A stretch of 63,042 bases of DNA, the filler included. It is 4 parts of 4 records of this genome, joined end to end, with 100 filler letters (N's around TTAATTAATTAA, not from the genome) between each part and the next. Parts side by side here need not be neighbours in the genome. Positions count along the whole stretch, not along the records: positions 1 to 26,806 come from SRR20825019_876; 3 more parts are not named here. One strand, given 5' to 3'. The notes beneath the pieces were generated by a model. The model searched no databases and had not been told where the DNA came from. It saw nothing but the letters and a program-made list of their open reading frames with translations. The translations under genes and the position numbers were made by a program. Below are positions 1 to 10,026 of the stretch, piece by piece (positions within the stretch are counted from its first letter, which is position 1; each line of letters begins with the position of its first letter).

Positions 1-1
1 C

Positions 2-448
2 AAATTTGCAATGAAAACACTTTCTGGAGGTCGTATCGGTATTGCAGCACAAGCATTAGGAATTGCCGCTGGAGCATACGATTTGGCTCGTGAATACTCC
101 AAAGTACGAAAAGCTTTTGGAACTGAAATTTGCAACCACCAAGCAATCGCTTTCAAACTTGCAGACATGCATACTTCAATCACCGCTGCCCGTCATTTAG
201 TTATGAAAGCAGCTTGGGATAAAGACCAAGGCAACAATTATGATATGAGCGGCGCAATTGCAAAATTATTTGCTTCACAAACTGCAATGGACGTTAGCGT
301 TGAAGCAGTACAAGTTCACGGCGGAAATGGTTATGTAAAAGAATACCACGTAGAACGCCTAATGCGTGATGCTAAAATTACGCAGATTTATGAAGGTACT
401 TCAGAAATACAGAAAATTGTAATTTCAAGAGGTCTTTTGAAAGACTAG
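2..448 (+). CDS. Acyl-CoA dehydrogenase, C-terminal part (5' truncated by window start)
   Basis: [31 protein letters not shown] and [20 protein letters not shown] motifs; frame is open to position 2. Confidence 0.95.
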   Translation, partial: KFAMKTLSGGRIGIAAQALGIAAGAYDLAREYSKVRKAFGTEICNHQAIAFKLADMHTSITAARHLVMKAAWDKDQGNNYDMSGAIAKLFASQTAMDVSVEAVQVHGGNGYVKEYHVERLMRDAKITQIYEGTSEIQKIVISRGLLKD

Positions 449-486
449 CTTCAAGACAGCTGTCTTACTTTAAATAACAAAATATC

Positions 487-513
487 AAACCCGTCCATGT
501 GGCGGGTTTTTTT
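487..513. terminator. Bidirectional intrinsic terminator
   Basis: AAACCCG(T)CC-ATGT-GGCGGGTTTTTTT hairpin between convergent genes. Confidence 0.75.
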
Positions 514-2395
514 ATAGGAAGAAATTCCAAACCAAACCAAAACGCAAAACAGCATCTCGATACGGATAGCCAGGAGCTGCAAAATGTTCATTCTTGCTAC
601 TAAAAAGTGAAGTGAAATTTTCATAAACGAAGAAAATACGCGTCTGCCTTATCTTCGCATTAAAGAAAATATCTACTAGTGGAAAACCACCCAACTCCTG
701 ATCATTCTGAACGTAAAATTCAGCCAAAACTGGGTCATATCCATTCATATTGTATTTGGTAAAATACTTAAAAGTAACACCAGTTTGCATAAAAAGCGCA
801 CGTTTAAACCAGTGATCTTGATAATAAAGTGAGTTTCGGGTAATAAGTTGTGGCACATTAAAAACAGTTTCACCACTCAAAACCTGTTGATACATTACTG
901 TATTTTCCAATGCAAAAAGGCCATAAGTAAATTCTTTTTGAGCCTTAATTTTTAAATAATCTACACGTTCAGAAGCTTGTAATGGAGAAGGTGTGCTATC
1001 AGTTGCTTTTATTCCGAAGTAGGCATAATCATCAATTCCTGTATAACTTACCGATGCATTTCCAAAGCGTTTGGTGTTAATTTCAAACTTTAATTCCTGT
1101 GTTTTTATATTGTTCAATTCGTTTTTCCAATTGTAATTTTGGTAATCACTTTGGTACAGTAAAAAATTGAAGTTTGGCGCCACTGAATGCACTGTTATAG
1201 ATGCTTTTGCATTGTATTCTTCTTTCAAATCATACGAAGCAGCAGCTTGAATGTAATTTCCATCAAAATCGCCTGCTACATTTATTGCGCCTTTTCCAGA
1301 AAGTTTGAAGCCGTGATATTCCTTTTCATAGGCTGCTCCAGCTTCAAAAATGCTACCTTGTATTCTATTTGGAATTCGCACTTCATCCAGCACCAAAACC
1401 GAATTATAACCATAATTAAAGTCGTTATAACCAGCCCAAGCAGAAATTTTTCCGATAAGTGAATTATCAAAATTTGCATACGCCTTTACATTGAAGTCCT
1501 CCAGTTTTGTCTTGGTTTCTAAATTTGTAGTTTCATAGGAAGGCCCAAAAGACTTATAAGGCGCAGTCTGGTTGTATCTAAAAAATTTATCTTCATAACT
1601 CAGCACATTCCCGATGGTAAGCACAGAATACGCGGTACTATCGCGCTGACTAATTAATTCATAATAATGATCGCCATAAAACCGAAGTCCTTCCAATTTA
1701 TTTTCAGCATTTTCAAAATTTACATCCAGCCTTCCGCGATCGTTAAATTCGGGGTCGTCATTTATAAATAACGCTAAAGAATTTTCCGTTAACCCTCCAT
1801 TTTCCTGATTTAAAACATCCTGTGCTGCAACATGCATACGTGCTATGTAGCGATTATTTTTAGTGCGGTAATTTGAAGTAAACAGAAAATTTCCGGTGCT
1901 CGTTAAAATATGTTGGTATTTTCCGAGCGAACGCACGCCTTTATACCCAATAGAAAAATTAAACTGTGGCGAAGTATTCACCGTAAAAAAAGCATCCAAT
2001 TGCTGACCTTGATTGTATGCGGTTTTAAAATACAATTCTGTAAGGGGAGTTGGCACATTGTAATAATTAACTGCATCAATTTCTTTATAATTAAAATGAT
2101 GCGATTGTGCCACAAAAAGAGGTTTTAAATTAAGCCGATCAAATGAATATGCTAGGGAATTATAAGTTTGCCCAACATTTGAAAACTGAAGTAATTCAAA
2201 GTTATCTCTTCGTAAATAATTGAAATTATATTTTTTGGTAATAGAAAGTGTTGTATCCACAAAAGTAGTATCGCGATCTGCAGAAATAATTTTATAATAA
2301 TCAATCGGCGGTTTTACTTTTTTTGCATTTGGGTTTTGAGAAAACACAGTTGACGAAGCACATAAAATAAAAAGGAGCAAAAGTGTTTTTTTCAT
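512..2395 (-). CDS. Putative Bacteroidota outer-membrane beta-barrel porin (Porin_10-like)
   Basis: Signal peptide; DTTFVDTTLSI..NVGQT..PTPLTEL N-terminus; alternating beta-strand pattern; C-terminal FGLVWNFFL. Confidence 0.8.
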   Translation of the reverse strand: MKKTLLLLFILCASSTVFSQNPNAKKVKPPIDYYKIISADRDTTFVDTTLSITKKYNFNYLRRDNFELLQFSNVGQTYNSLAYSFDRLNLKPLFVAQSHHFNYKEIDAVNYYNVPTPLTELYFKTAYNQGQQLDAFFTVNTSPQFNFSIGYKGVRSLGKYQHILTSTGNFLFTSNYRTKNNRYIARMHVAAQDVLNQENGGLTENSLALFINDDPEFNDRGRLDVNFENAENKLEGLRFYGDHYYELISQRDSTAYSVLTIGNVLSYEDKFFRYNQTAPYKSFGPSYETTNLETKTKLEDFNVKAYANFDNSLIGKISAWAGYNDFNYGYNSVLVLDEVRIPNRIQGSIFEAGAAYEKEYHGFKLSGKGAINVAGDFDGNYIQAAASYDLKEEYNAKASITVHSVAPNFNFLLYQSDYQNYNWKNELNNIKTQELKFEINTKRFGNASVSYTGIDDYAYFGIKATDSTPSPLQASERVDYLKIKAQKEFTYGLFALENTVMYQQVLSGETVFNVPQLITRNSLYYQDHWFKRALFMQTGVTFKYFTKYNMNGYDPVLAEFYVQNDQELGGFPLVDIFFNAKIRQTRIFFVYENFTSLFSSKNEHFAAPGYPYRDAVLRFGLVWNFFL

Positions 2396-2413
2396 CTATA
2401 AAATAACTTTTAG

Positions 2414-2421
2414 CAAAGGTA
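2414..2421 (-). promoter_or_regulatory. Bacteroidota -7 promoter element (TACCTTTG)
   Basis: Matches TAnnTTTG consensus about 20 nt upstream of the porin start. Confidence 0.6.
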
Positions 2422-2545
2422 TATTTTTTTTGGTTTAAAGGGGTATTATCAAAACCCAAACTACGCATCAATAGCGTATACTTTCTGTGTATTTAACATA
2501 TGAAATTTGATGATTCCTTTAATTTTATTGAATTTTGAACTTTAT

Positions 2546-3178
2546 ATGCTAAAGCTAAAAATAAATCAACAACTTCTTGAATGTGGCACTGATGAAGCGG
2601 GACGTGGCTGTTTAGCTGGACCCGTTACCGCAGCGGCTGTTATTCTTCCTGATGATTTTCAGCATCCTTTTTTAACAGACAGCAAGCAACTTTCAGAAAA
2701 AAAACGACTTCAACTAAAAGATATTATAGAACAGGAAGCAATTTGCTATAAAGTAGTTCATGTTATGATGGACGAAATTGACAAAATAAACATACTAAAT
2801 GCGTCTATTTTAGGGATGCACCGTGCTATTGAAGGGCTTTCAAAGCTTCCAGAATTTATTGCAATTGACGGAAACCGCTTTAAACCCTTTGGAAAAACAC
2901 CTTATGAATGTGTAATAAAAGGCGATGGCAAATATTTGCATATTGCTGCGGCTTCAATTTTGGCGAAAACATACCGAGACGAGTATATGACTGAGTTACA
3001 CGAAAAGTTTCCGCAGTATAATTGGAAACAAAACAAAGGCTATCCAACAAAAGCACACCGTGAAGCAATTCGTACCCACGGCAGTACAATATTTCATAGA
3101 AAAAGTTTTAAACTCCTGCCCGAACAACTGGAGTTAGATTTAAAAAACGTTGCTTCTACAATGAAAAAGAAGCTGTAA
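2546..3178 (+). CDS. rnhB: Ribonuclease HII
   Basis: [45 protein letters not shown] 2546 preferred over the TTG at 2507. Confidence 0.95.
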   Translation: MLKLKINQQLLECGTDEAGRGCLAGPVTAAAVILPDDFQHPFLTDSKQLSEKKRLQLKDIIEQEAICYKVVHVMMDEIDKINILNASILGMHRAIEGLSKLPEFIAIDGNRFKPFGKTPYECVIKGDGKYLHIAAASILAKTYRDEYMTELHEKFPQYNWKQNKGYPTKAHREAIRTHGSTIFHRKSFKLLPEQLELDLKNVASTMKKKL

Positions 3179-3262
3179 TTTGAAATATTCTTGTTGAAAA
3201 CACGTCGATAAACTATTTCTAAACGTAGTAAAATCATCATTAATCATTGTTATTTTTGTTTT

Positions 3263-5713
3263 ATGGGAAAAATTCAAGGGAAACCTTTAGCGCTTTTACT
3301 TTTCGTTTCAATATTCTTAGGAATTTTTGGAGCTTGTGATGAAACACTTCCAAAGACGGGAACTTTGATGGATTTTGTTCCAGAAAATACTTCGGTGGTT
3401 TTTAAAATTGCAGATTTCGAAAGCCTGCAGGCAGATATTCAAAATAATTCACTTTTGTCAAAATTTGAAAAATCGTCTCCCTATTCTTTTTTTTCTAAAA
3501 AAGCGGCACTTTTAAAAAACCTACACCCTACTTCGCAAAGCCTTTTGTGTATTAATAAGTTAAACGATTCTCTTTCTGCTTACACCTTTATTTCAAAACA
3601 AACAAAGGGACTTTTTCAATTAGATTTTCTTAAAAATAAAACCATTGAAACTTTAAAACTGGATAAGCTATCCTTTCAACGAGTTACGATTGACAATGAA
3701 ATAGCATACTCCGCACTGATTGATAGTGTGTTTGTTATTTCATCATCACAACAGATTTTGATGGATATTTTAGAGCGAAAAACCGAACGCACTGAAACCT
3801 TTGCGAAAGTTTTTAATCTTCCATCTTCTAATGAATTTACAGCTCTGGTGCGCGGTACTAAAATTGCGATAAACGATTCTACGAAAATTGATTTTACTTC
3901 GTGGAGCGCGTTAGATATAGCCATTGCCCCAGAAACGTTTACTGCAACTGGAATTACTTTGGCTACCGATAGCATTCCACAGCTTTTAAATGTTTTTGAA
4001 GGTCAAACGCCGCAACAAAACGATATCTCTGAAATTGTGCCTGTTGATGCACTTGGCGCTATGAGTTTTACATTTAATGATGCTGAAAAGTTTCAGAAAA
4101 AACTAAGGGATTTTAGAGGTGAAAAAACAACTGCACAAACCACCGGAATTTTTGGATCGGTAAGTGAAGTGGGAAGTATTCAGCTAAAAAATGAAACCGC
4201 AATTTTCATAAAAAGTATTGATGCTTCCTTAACTGAAGATGCTTTGGCGCGTTATGTTTCGGCAAAAAGTTCGTTCCGCGAGATTGAAATTAGCAGTTTT
4301 AGCGAACCGCAATTATTTCAAAAAACATTTTCACCTTTTATAAATTCTATAAAAGCTAACTATGTTTTTCAGCTGGAAAATTTCTTTGTATTTATTGAAA
4401 ATGAAGCAACCGCAGAACAACTTATTAGCGCGTTTCAAAACAATGCTACCATAAAAAACAGCGCTTATTTTGAAAATACCGCAACAAATTTAAGCGCTGC
4501 TTCTTCGTTATTGCTGTTAAAAATGCAAGGCGAATATGCAGAATCAATTTCAGGATTTTTCAATTCAAAAAGCAAAAAAAGTCTTGAAGCTATTTCTTTT
4601 GATGAATTTCCATTGGCAGCATTACAGTTCAGTTACGACAGGAATTTTGCGCATGTAGCTTTCAGTTGCAATACAATTTCTGGAAAAACACAGACTGTTT
4701 CAGGAAATGTTTCAGAAAAATTTAATGTAAAACTTGAAAATGCAGTTTTAGGAATTCCACAAATATTTAATAATAAAGGTAGCAATGTGGTTGTTCAAGA
4801 TGTTGCCAATAAATTGTATTTTATTTCTGAAAGCGGGAATATACTTTGGACAAAAAACTTAGGTTCAGGAATAATTGGAACTATTGAAATTATAACTATT
4901 TCGGGCGATAAGTTTATGGCGTTTGCTACCAAAGATGCCTTCCATATTCTGGATCGAAATGGGAAGGATGCAAAGTCTTTTCCAATAAAATTTAAGGATG
5001 CTGTAACACAGCCACTTTCGGTTTTTGATTATGACAACAATGGCAATTACCGTTTTGTGATTGTGCAGAATAATGAAGTGTTGATGTATGATAAAAATGG
5101 AAAACTGGTAAAAGGTTTTGGGTTTGACAAAGCTAAAAGTAAAATTGTACAGTCGCCTAAACACATTCGGATGGGAAATAAAGATTATATTGTTATTGCT
5201 GAAGAAAGCGGGAAACTCAATATTTTGAGCCGTGTAGGAAAATCGCGTATTTCGGTATCAAAAAACTTCAGTTTTTCAGAAATTCCAATTGCTGAAGAAG
5301 ACAATACTTTTGTGGTTATTACTAAAGAAAACACCAAAGAACGTATTTCACAAAATGGAAAAATAACTTCACAAAAATTAGCTGTAGGAAGTAATTATTG
5401 GTTTGCTATAAACGGAACTACCAAAGCCACTCTTGATGATAATCTGCTTCGTATAAACGGGAAATTAGTGGAACTTCCGCTTGGGCTTTATCACAAACCT
5501 CAGCTTTTTAACATACACAGGAACAACTATATTACAATTACAGAAACTCAAGAAAAGAAGGTTTATGTTTTTGATAAAAACGGCACTCTTTTAAATGGAT
5601 TCCCTGTTTATGGCACTTCTATAGCCTCAATGGACGATGGTAATGGAAAAAATACGCTAGACTTAACCGTTATTGGCGAATCTAATAGTGTTATTTTATA
5701 TTCAAAAAATTAA
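3263..5713 (+). CDS. Large conserved Flavobacteriaceae lipoprotein with probable C-terminal beta-propeller, function unknown
   Basis: 816 aa; lipobox-like FGAC; repeated DxNG/FP propeller-like motifs in the C-terminal third. Confidence 0.6.
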   Translation: MGKIQGKPLALLLFVSIFLGIFGACDETLPKTGTLMDFVPENTSVVFKIADFESLQADIQNNSLLSKFEKSSPYSFFSKKAALLKNLHPTSQSLLCINKLNDSLSAYTFISKQTKGLFQLDFLKNKTIETLKLDKLSFQRVTIDNEIAYSALIDSVFVISSSQQILMDILERKTERTETFAKVFNLPSSNEFTALVRGTKIAINDSTKIDFTSWSALDIAIAPETFTATGITLATDSIPQLLNVFEGQTPQQNDISEIVPVDALGAMSFTFNDAEKFQKKLRDFRGEKTTAQTTGIFGSVSEVGSIQLKNETAIFIKSIDASLTEDALARYVSAKSSFREIEISSFSEPQLFQKTFSPFINSIKANYVFQLENFFVFIENEATAEQLISAFQNNATIKNSAYFENTATNLSAASSLLLLKMQGEYAESISGFFNSKSKKSLEAISFDEFPLAALQFSYDRNFAHVAFSCNTISGKTQTVSGNVSEKFNVKLENAVLGIPQIFNNKGSNVVVQDVANKLYFISESGNILWTKNLGSGIIGTIEIITISGDKFMAFATKDAFHILDRNGKDAKSFPIKFKDAVTQPLSVFDYDNNGNYRFVIVQNNEVLMYDKNGKLVKGFGFDKAKSKIVQSPKHIRMGNKDYIVIAEESGKLNILSRVGKSRISVSKNFSFSEIPIAEEDNTFVVITKENTKERISQNGKITSQKLAVGSNYWFAINGTTKATLDDNLLRINGKLVELPLGLYHKPQLFNIHRNNYITITETQEKKVYVFDKNGTLLNGFPVYGTSIASMDDGNGKNTLDLTVIGESNSVILYSKN

Positions 5714-5804
5714 TTCAACTTCATTAAAACAACTTCGTTTTCAGCAAGAAAAGTGTTAAAATAAATTCTTAGGAGCTGTTTTACTGAGATGATAAAAGTT
5801 AAAT

Positions 5805-6731
5805 ATGGAACAGTTTCTTTCTTCTTTTGAAAATGTACCAACTTTAGAAATAAATTTACTTGATTTTAATATTTCTGGGTATTCTTTATTTCTAAAGCGT
5901 GAAGACTTAGTACATCCGTTTGTTTCTGGAAATAAATTTAGAAAATTAAAATACAATCTTCAAGCAGCCAAAAATCAAAACCAGCACACATTGCTTACTT
6001 TTGGCGGTGCGTTTTCTAATCATATTGCTGCTGTAGCTGCGGCTGGAGAACGGTTAAATTTTAAAACAATTGGTATAATTCGAGGTGAAGAACTTGCCGA
6101 CAAAGCTATAGAAAACCCTACACTTTCATTTGCCCAAAACTGTGGTATGGAGTTGTATTTTATTTCACGAGAAAAATATAAAAACAAAGAAAACATAGCT
6201 TTTCTTGACACTTTGAAAGAAAAATTTGGTGACTTTTATTTACTTCCTGAAGGCGGAACAAATGATTTGGCTGTAAAAGGTTGCGAAGAGATTTTATCAA
6301 AAACCGAACAGACATATGATTACATTTGTACAGCTGTTGGAACCGGTGGGACTATTGCTGGATTGGTTAAAGCTTCATCCAAAAATCAAAAAGTCATAGG
6401 TTTTTCAGCTTTAAAAGGAACATTTCAAGCTTCAGAAATTAAAAAATATACTTCTAAAAATAATTTTGAAATCACCGATTCATATTGTTTTGGAGGTTAT
6501 GGGAAAATAGATCTGAATTTGATACGTTTCATTAACGAGTTTAAAGAAAAAACAAAAATTCCTTTAGATCCAATTTATACCGGAAAGATGATGTTTGGTA
6601 TTATGGAATTATTGAAAAAAGGGCATTTCAAAGAAAATAGCCGTATTTTCGCAATTCATACTGGAGGATTGCAAGGCATCACAGGGATGAACGAAAAATT
6701 AAAAAAGAAAAAACTACCTATAATTGAATAA
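5805..6731 (+). CDS. PLP-dependent ACC deaminase/D-cysteine desulfhydrase family enzyme
   Basis: KREDL..SGNKFRKL, TFGGAFSNH, LPEGG, VGTGGT, LDPIYTGK, IHTGG. Confidence 0.9.
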   Translation: MEQFLSSFENVPTLEINLLDFNISGYSLFLKREDLVHPFVSGNKFRKLKYNLQAAKNQNQHTLLTFGGAFSNHIAAVAAAGERLNFKTIGIIRGEELADKAIENPTLSFAQNCGMELYFISREKYKNKENIAFLDTLKEKFGDFYLLPEGGTNDLAVKGCEEILSKTEQTYDYICTAVGTGGTIAGLVKASSKNQKVIGFSALKGTFQASEIKKYTSKNNFEITDSYCFGGYGKIDLNLIRFINEFKEKTKIPLDPIYTGKMMFGIMELLKKGHFKENSRIFAIHTGGLQGITGMNEKLKKKKLPIIE

Positions 6732-7569
6732 AATGATTGGCAGAATAACGACACTTCTTCTTATTTGTATAATTTGTTTTAGCAGTTGTAAATCAAAAAA
6801 AACTGCAGTAAAACACAAAAAAAAGCACACTACTGAAAGGGTCGTTATTGTAAAACAGCCTAATAAGGAAACTAACACGAAAGCAGAAGAACCTGAAGTT
6901 GTTAAAGTGCCCGTAAACATTCCATATAGTGAACGGATTGCAAATTACATTAATGAGTTTAGTGATATTGCAAAAGAAGAAATGCTACAATACGGCATTC
7001 CAGCCAGTATAACACTTGCACAAGGAATACTAGAAAGTGGCGCTGGTGTTGGAGAACTTACTATGAAAGCCAACAATCATTTTGGAATAAAATGCCATAC
7101 AGGCTGGGAAGGTGACCGTGTGTATCATGATGATGATGAACGTGGAGAGTGTTTCCGAAAATACACAGACCCAAAATATTCATATCGCGACCACTCCTTA
7201 TTTTTAACGCAACGAAGCCGATATCAAGACCTTTTTAAACTTCGAAAAGACGATTACAAAGGCTGGGCAAAAGGCCTAAGAAAAGCGGGCTATGCAACAG
7301 ACCCTAAATATCCTGAAAAACTTATAAGCATTGTTGAGCGGTATAATCTAGATGAATTTGACAATGAGGTTTTAGGTAAGAAAACAAACCGATCTAATAC
7401 AAGTGACACTAATATTGCCACATATTCTGTGCAAGCTGGCGATACGCTTTACAGCATCTCCCGCCGTTTTAATCTAACTGTAGAAACTTTGAAGAAGTAT
7501 AATGGCCTACGAAATAACAACATAGCAATTGGCCAAACCTTATACCTTCACCCCCTAAAAAATCAATAA
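6724..7569 (+). CDS. Glucosaminidase (GH73) plus LysM peptidoglycan hydrolase lipoprotein
   Basis: IPASITLAQGILES, NNHFGIKC, GYATDPKY; C-terminal LysM YSVQAGDTLYSISRRF. Confidence 0.9.
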   Translation: MNKMIGRITTLLLICIICFSSCKSKKTAVKHKKKHTTERVVIVKQPNKETNTKAEEPEVVKVPVNIPYSERIANYINEFSDIAKEEMLQYGIPASITLAQGILESGAGVGELTMKANNHFGIKCHTGWEGDRVYHDDDERGECFRKYTDPKYSYRDHSLFLTQRSRYQDLFKLRKDDYKGWAKGLRKAGYATDPKYPEKLISIVERYNLDEFDNEVLGKKTNRSNTSDTNIATYSVQAGDTLYSISRRFNLTVETLKKYNGLRNNNIAIGQTLYLHPLKNQ

Positions 7570-7650
7570 TTTTATGAATTTTGCTTTTTCAGCTATAATA
7601 ATTTCATAAAAACAGATACAAATTAGTATTAAATTTCATTAAATATTTAT

Positions 7651-8937
7651 ATGAATTATCAAAGAAGCAGTGCTCTTTTTCAAGAGGCCCAAAAAGTTAT
7701 TCCAGGCGGAGTAAATTCACCTGTAAGAGCATTTAAAGCAGTTGGTGGCACCCCTATTTTTGCTGAAAAAGCAGAGGGAGCATACTTATATGATGTTGAT
7801 GGTAATAAGCTTATAGATTACATAAACTCATGGGGGCCAATGATTTTGGGTCACGCTCACAAACCTGTTGTTGATGCTGTGATTGAAAAAGCAAAAAAAG
7901 GAACTTCCTTCGGAATGCCTACGGAAATTGAAACCGAAATCGCAGCACTTGCTGTATCAATGGTTCCAAATATTGAAAAAATACGATTTGTAAACAGTGG
8001 TACCGAAGCTTGTATGAGTGCTGTGCGTCTAGCCCGTGGATACACCGGAAAAGATAAAATCATAAAATTTGCAGGTTGCTATCACGGTCATAGTGATTCG
8101 TTTTTAATTCAGGCTGGTAGTGGTGCTGTCACTTTCGGAACTCCTAATAGTCCAGGTGTAACTGAAGGCACGGCAAAAGATACTTTGCTTGCTACTTACA
8201 ACGATTTAAAGAATGTGGAAGCTGTAATTGCTGCAAACAAGAGTGAGATAGCTTGTATTATTTTAGAACCAGTTGCAGGAAACATGGGGTGTATTCCTCC
8301 AGCAAATGGCTTTTTGGAAGGTTTACGAAAACTATGTGATGACAACAATATTCTTTTAATCTTTGATGAAGTAATGACCGGTTTTAGACTTGCTGCTGGA
8401 GGCGCACAGGAGCTTTTTGGAGTGAAAGCAAACATTGTAACATTCGGGAAAGTTATTGGTGGCGGATTACCTGTTGGTGCATTTGCAGCAAATTCAGAAA
8501 TAATGGATTATCTAGCTCCACTTGGTCCCGTTTATCAAGCTGGAACATTAAGCGGAAACCCATTGGCCATGGCAGCGGGCTTGGCGATGTTAAAGGAATT
8601 AAATGAAAATAGCGGAGTTTTTGAATCAATTAATAAAAAAACAGCATACCTTCATAAAGGTCTTCAAGAAGCACTTACTTCAGCAAAACTGAAATTTACG
8701 ATTAACCGCTTGGGGTCGATGATTTCAATCCATTTCTCAGAAAAACCTGTTACTGATTTTAGCTCTGCTGCGGAAGCGAATAATGATACGTTCAAAAACT
8801 TTTTCCACGGCATGCTAAATGAAGGAATCTACATTGCTCCAAGCGCATTCGAAACTTGGTTTATTTGTGATGCATTGAGTTATGAGGATTTGGATGCTAC
8901 AATTGCAGCTTGTAAAAAAGTTGCAGAAAATTTATAA
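7651..8937 (+). CDS. hemL: Glutamate-1-semialdehyde 2,1-aminomutase
   Basis: [51 protein letters not shown]. Confidence 0.97.
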   Translation: MNYQRSSALFQEAQKVIPGGVNSPVRAFKAVGGTPIFAEKAEGAYLYDVDGNKLIDYINSWGPMILGHAHKPVVDAVIEKAKKGTSFGMPTEIETEIAALAVSMVPNIEKIRFVNSGTEACMSAVRLARGYTGKDKIIKFAGCYHGHSDSFLIQAGSGAVTFGTPNSPGVTEGTAKDTLLATYNDLKNVEAVIAANKSEIACIILEPVAGNMGCIPPANGFLEGLRKLCDDNNILLIFDEVMTGFRLAAGGAQELFGVKANIVTFGKVIGGGLPVGAFAANSEIMDYLAPLGPVYQAGTLSGNPLAMAAGLAMLKELNENSGVFESINKKTAYLHKGLQEALTSAKLKFTINRLGSMISIHFSEKPVTDFSSAAEANNDTFKNFFHGMLNEGIYIAPSAFETWFICDALSYEDLDATIAACKKVAENL

Positions 8938-8938
8938 T

Positions 8939-8977
8939 AAAAAAGGCCCTTTCTAAAAATTAGAAAGGGCTCTTTTT
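8939..8977. terminator. Bidirectional intrinsic terminator
   Basis: GCCCTTTCTA-AAAAT-TAGAAAGGGC stem flanked by A and T tracts. Confidence 0.8.
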
Positions 8978-8994
8978 AAATATAATTATAATCA

Positions 8995-9342
8995 CTAATT
9001 ATTCATTTTCAACCACTTTGAGTATTGGTCAGCGGACAAGGTTTTTTTCATTGCTTCTTTTAACTGTTCATCCAGTTTATTTTTTTCTGCAGAAACAGCT
9101 GTGTCATTAACGTTTTTACCATCTACATTTTTTTGGTATCCAACTTCTTTGGCAACAAGTGCTCTAAAAACTGTACGACCTTGGTCTCCGTTTAACCCTA
9201 ATGTTTCGGTTAGTTTAGCAGTTTCTTCTTTTGCTATTACTTCGGGTCTGCTTTTATCCTGTGAAAGTTGCTGAGCCGAAATAGATTGAATACCAAAAAG
9301 CATTGATACTGCAAGTGCAACTATTGTTAGAATATTTTTCAT
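8995..9342 (-). CDS. Small secreted helical protein (Spy/CpxP-like LTxxQ motifs)
   Basis: Signal peptide; LGLNGDQ and TLSADQYSKW motifs. Confidence 0.55.
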   Translation of the reverse strand: MKNILTIVALAVSMLFGIQSISAQQLSQDKSRPEVIAKEETAKLTETLGLNGDQGRTVFRALVAKEVGYQKNVDGKNVNDTAVSAEKNKLDEQLKEAMKKTLSADQYSKWLKMNN

Positions 9343-9427
9343 TGTTTTAATATTTAAGGTTACTAATGTAACTATTTTGTATCATTAAAACAATAATCGC
9401 ACCAAAAGAGATTTATTTGCTCTTTTT

Positions 9428-9853
9428 TTAACTATCTTTTTTTGAACGTTCTTTTTTGTCTTTACCTTTTCTATGTTTTTTGCTTTGCATACGCTCCCAT
9501 TTAGTCATTTGCTCTTCAGTTAGAATTTCTTTAATCTTACGTTGCATAGCAATGCGACGATCTAGCATTGCACTTTTTGCCTCGTATTTTTGCTGACTTG
9601 TCATTTCTTTAAAATTTTCTGAGCGAGTGGGTTTGTTTTTATCCATTTCTAAGAATAATTCTTTCATCTTATTCTGTTGAGGATTGTTCAAATTTAATGC
9701 TAAGGTCATTTTTTTAGCTTTTAAATCTGCTTTTTGCTCAGGAGTAAAATTTTCTTTTACTTCACTACGATGGTCTTTTCTTTTTCCATCTTTATTCTGT
9801 GCATTGATAGCAAAAGATGCTAATGCCATAAAAATTATCAGTACTTTTTTCAT
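9428..9853 (-). CDS. Small secreted basic helical protein (Spy/CpxP/DUF4890-like)
   Basis: Signal peptide; FTPEQ, LNLNNPQQ and ILTEEQMTKW motifs. Confidence 0.6.
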   Translation of the reverse strand: MKKVLIIFMALASFAINAQNKDGKRKDHRSEVKENFTPEQKADLKAKKMTLALNLNNPQQNKMKELFLEMDKNKPTRSENFKEMTSQQKYEAKSAMLDRRIAMQRKIKEILTEEQMTKWERMQSKKHRKGKDKKERSKKDS

Positions 9854-9966
9854 AATATTTTTTTTTAAATGTTCAACATAACTATGACCTAGAATTTCTA
9901 GGTAAGTTTAATTGAAACATGTTTTTTTTTGGTTTTAGGCAACTTTATTAAAAGTCAATTAAGCAT

Positions 9967-9997
9967 AAAAAAAGGAACCGCATAACCGCGGTTCCTT
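9967..9997 (-). terminator. Intrinsic terminator of the peptidase gene
   Basis: AAGGAACCGC-ATAACC-GCGGTTCCTT stem with U-tract on the minus strand. Confidence 0.75.
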
Positions 9998-10026
9998 CAC
10001 AAAATAAAACAATTAAAAAAAATTAT

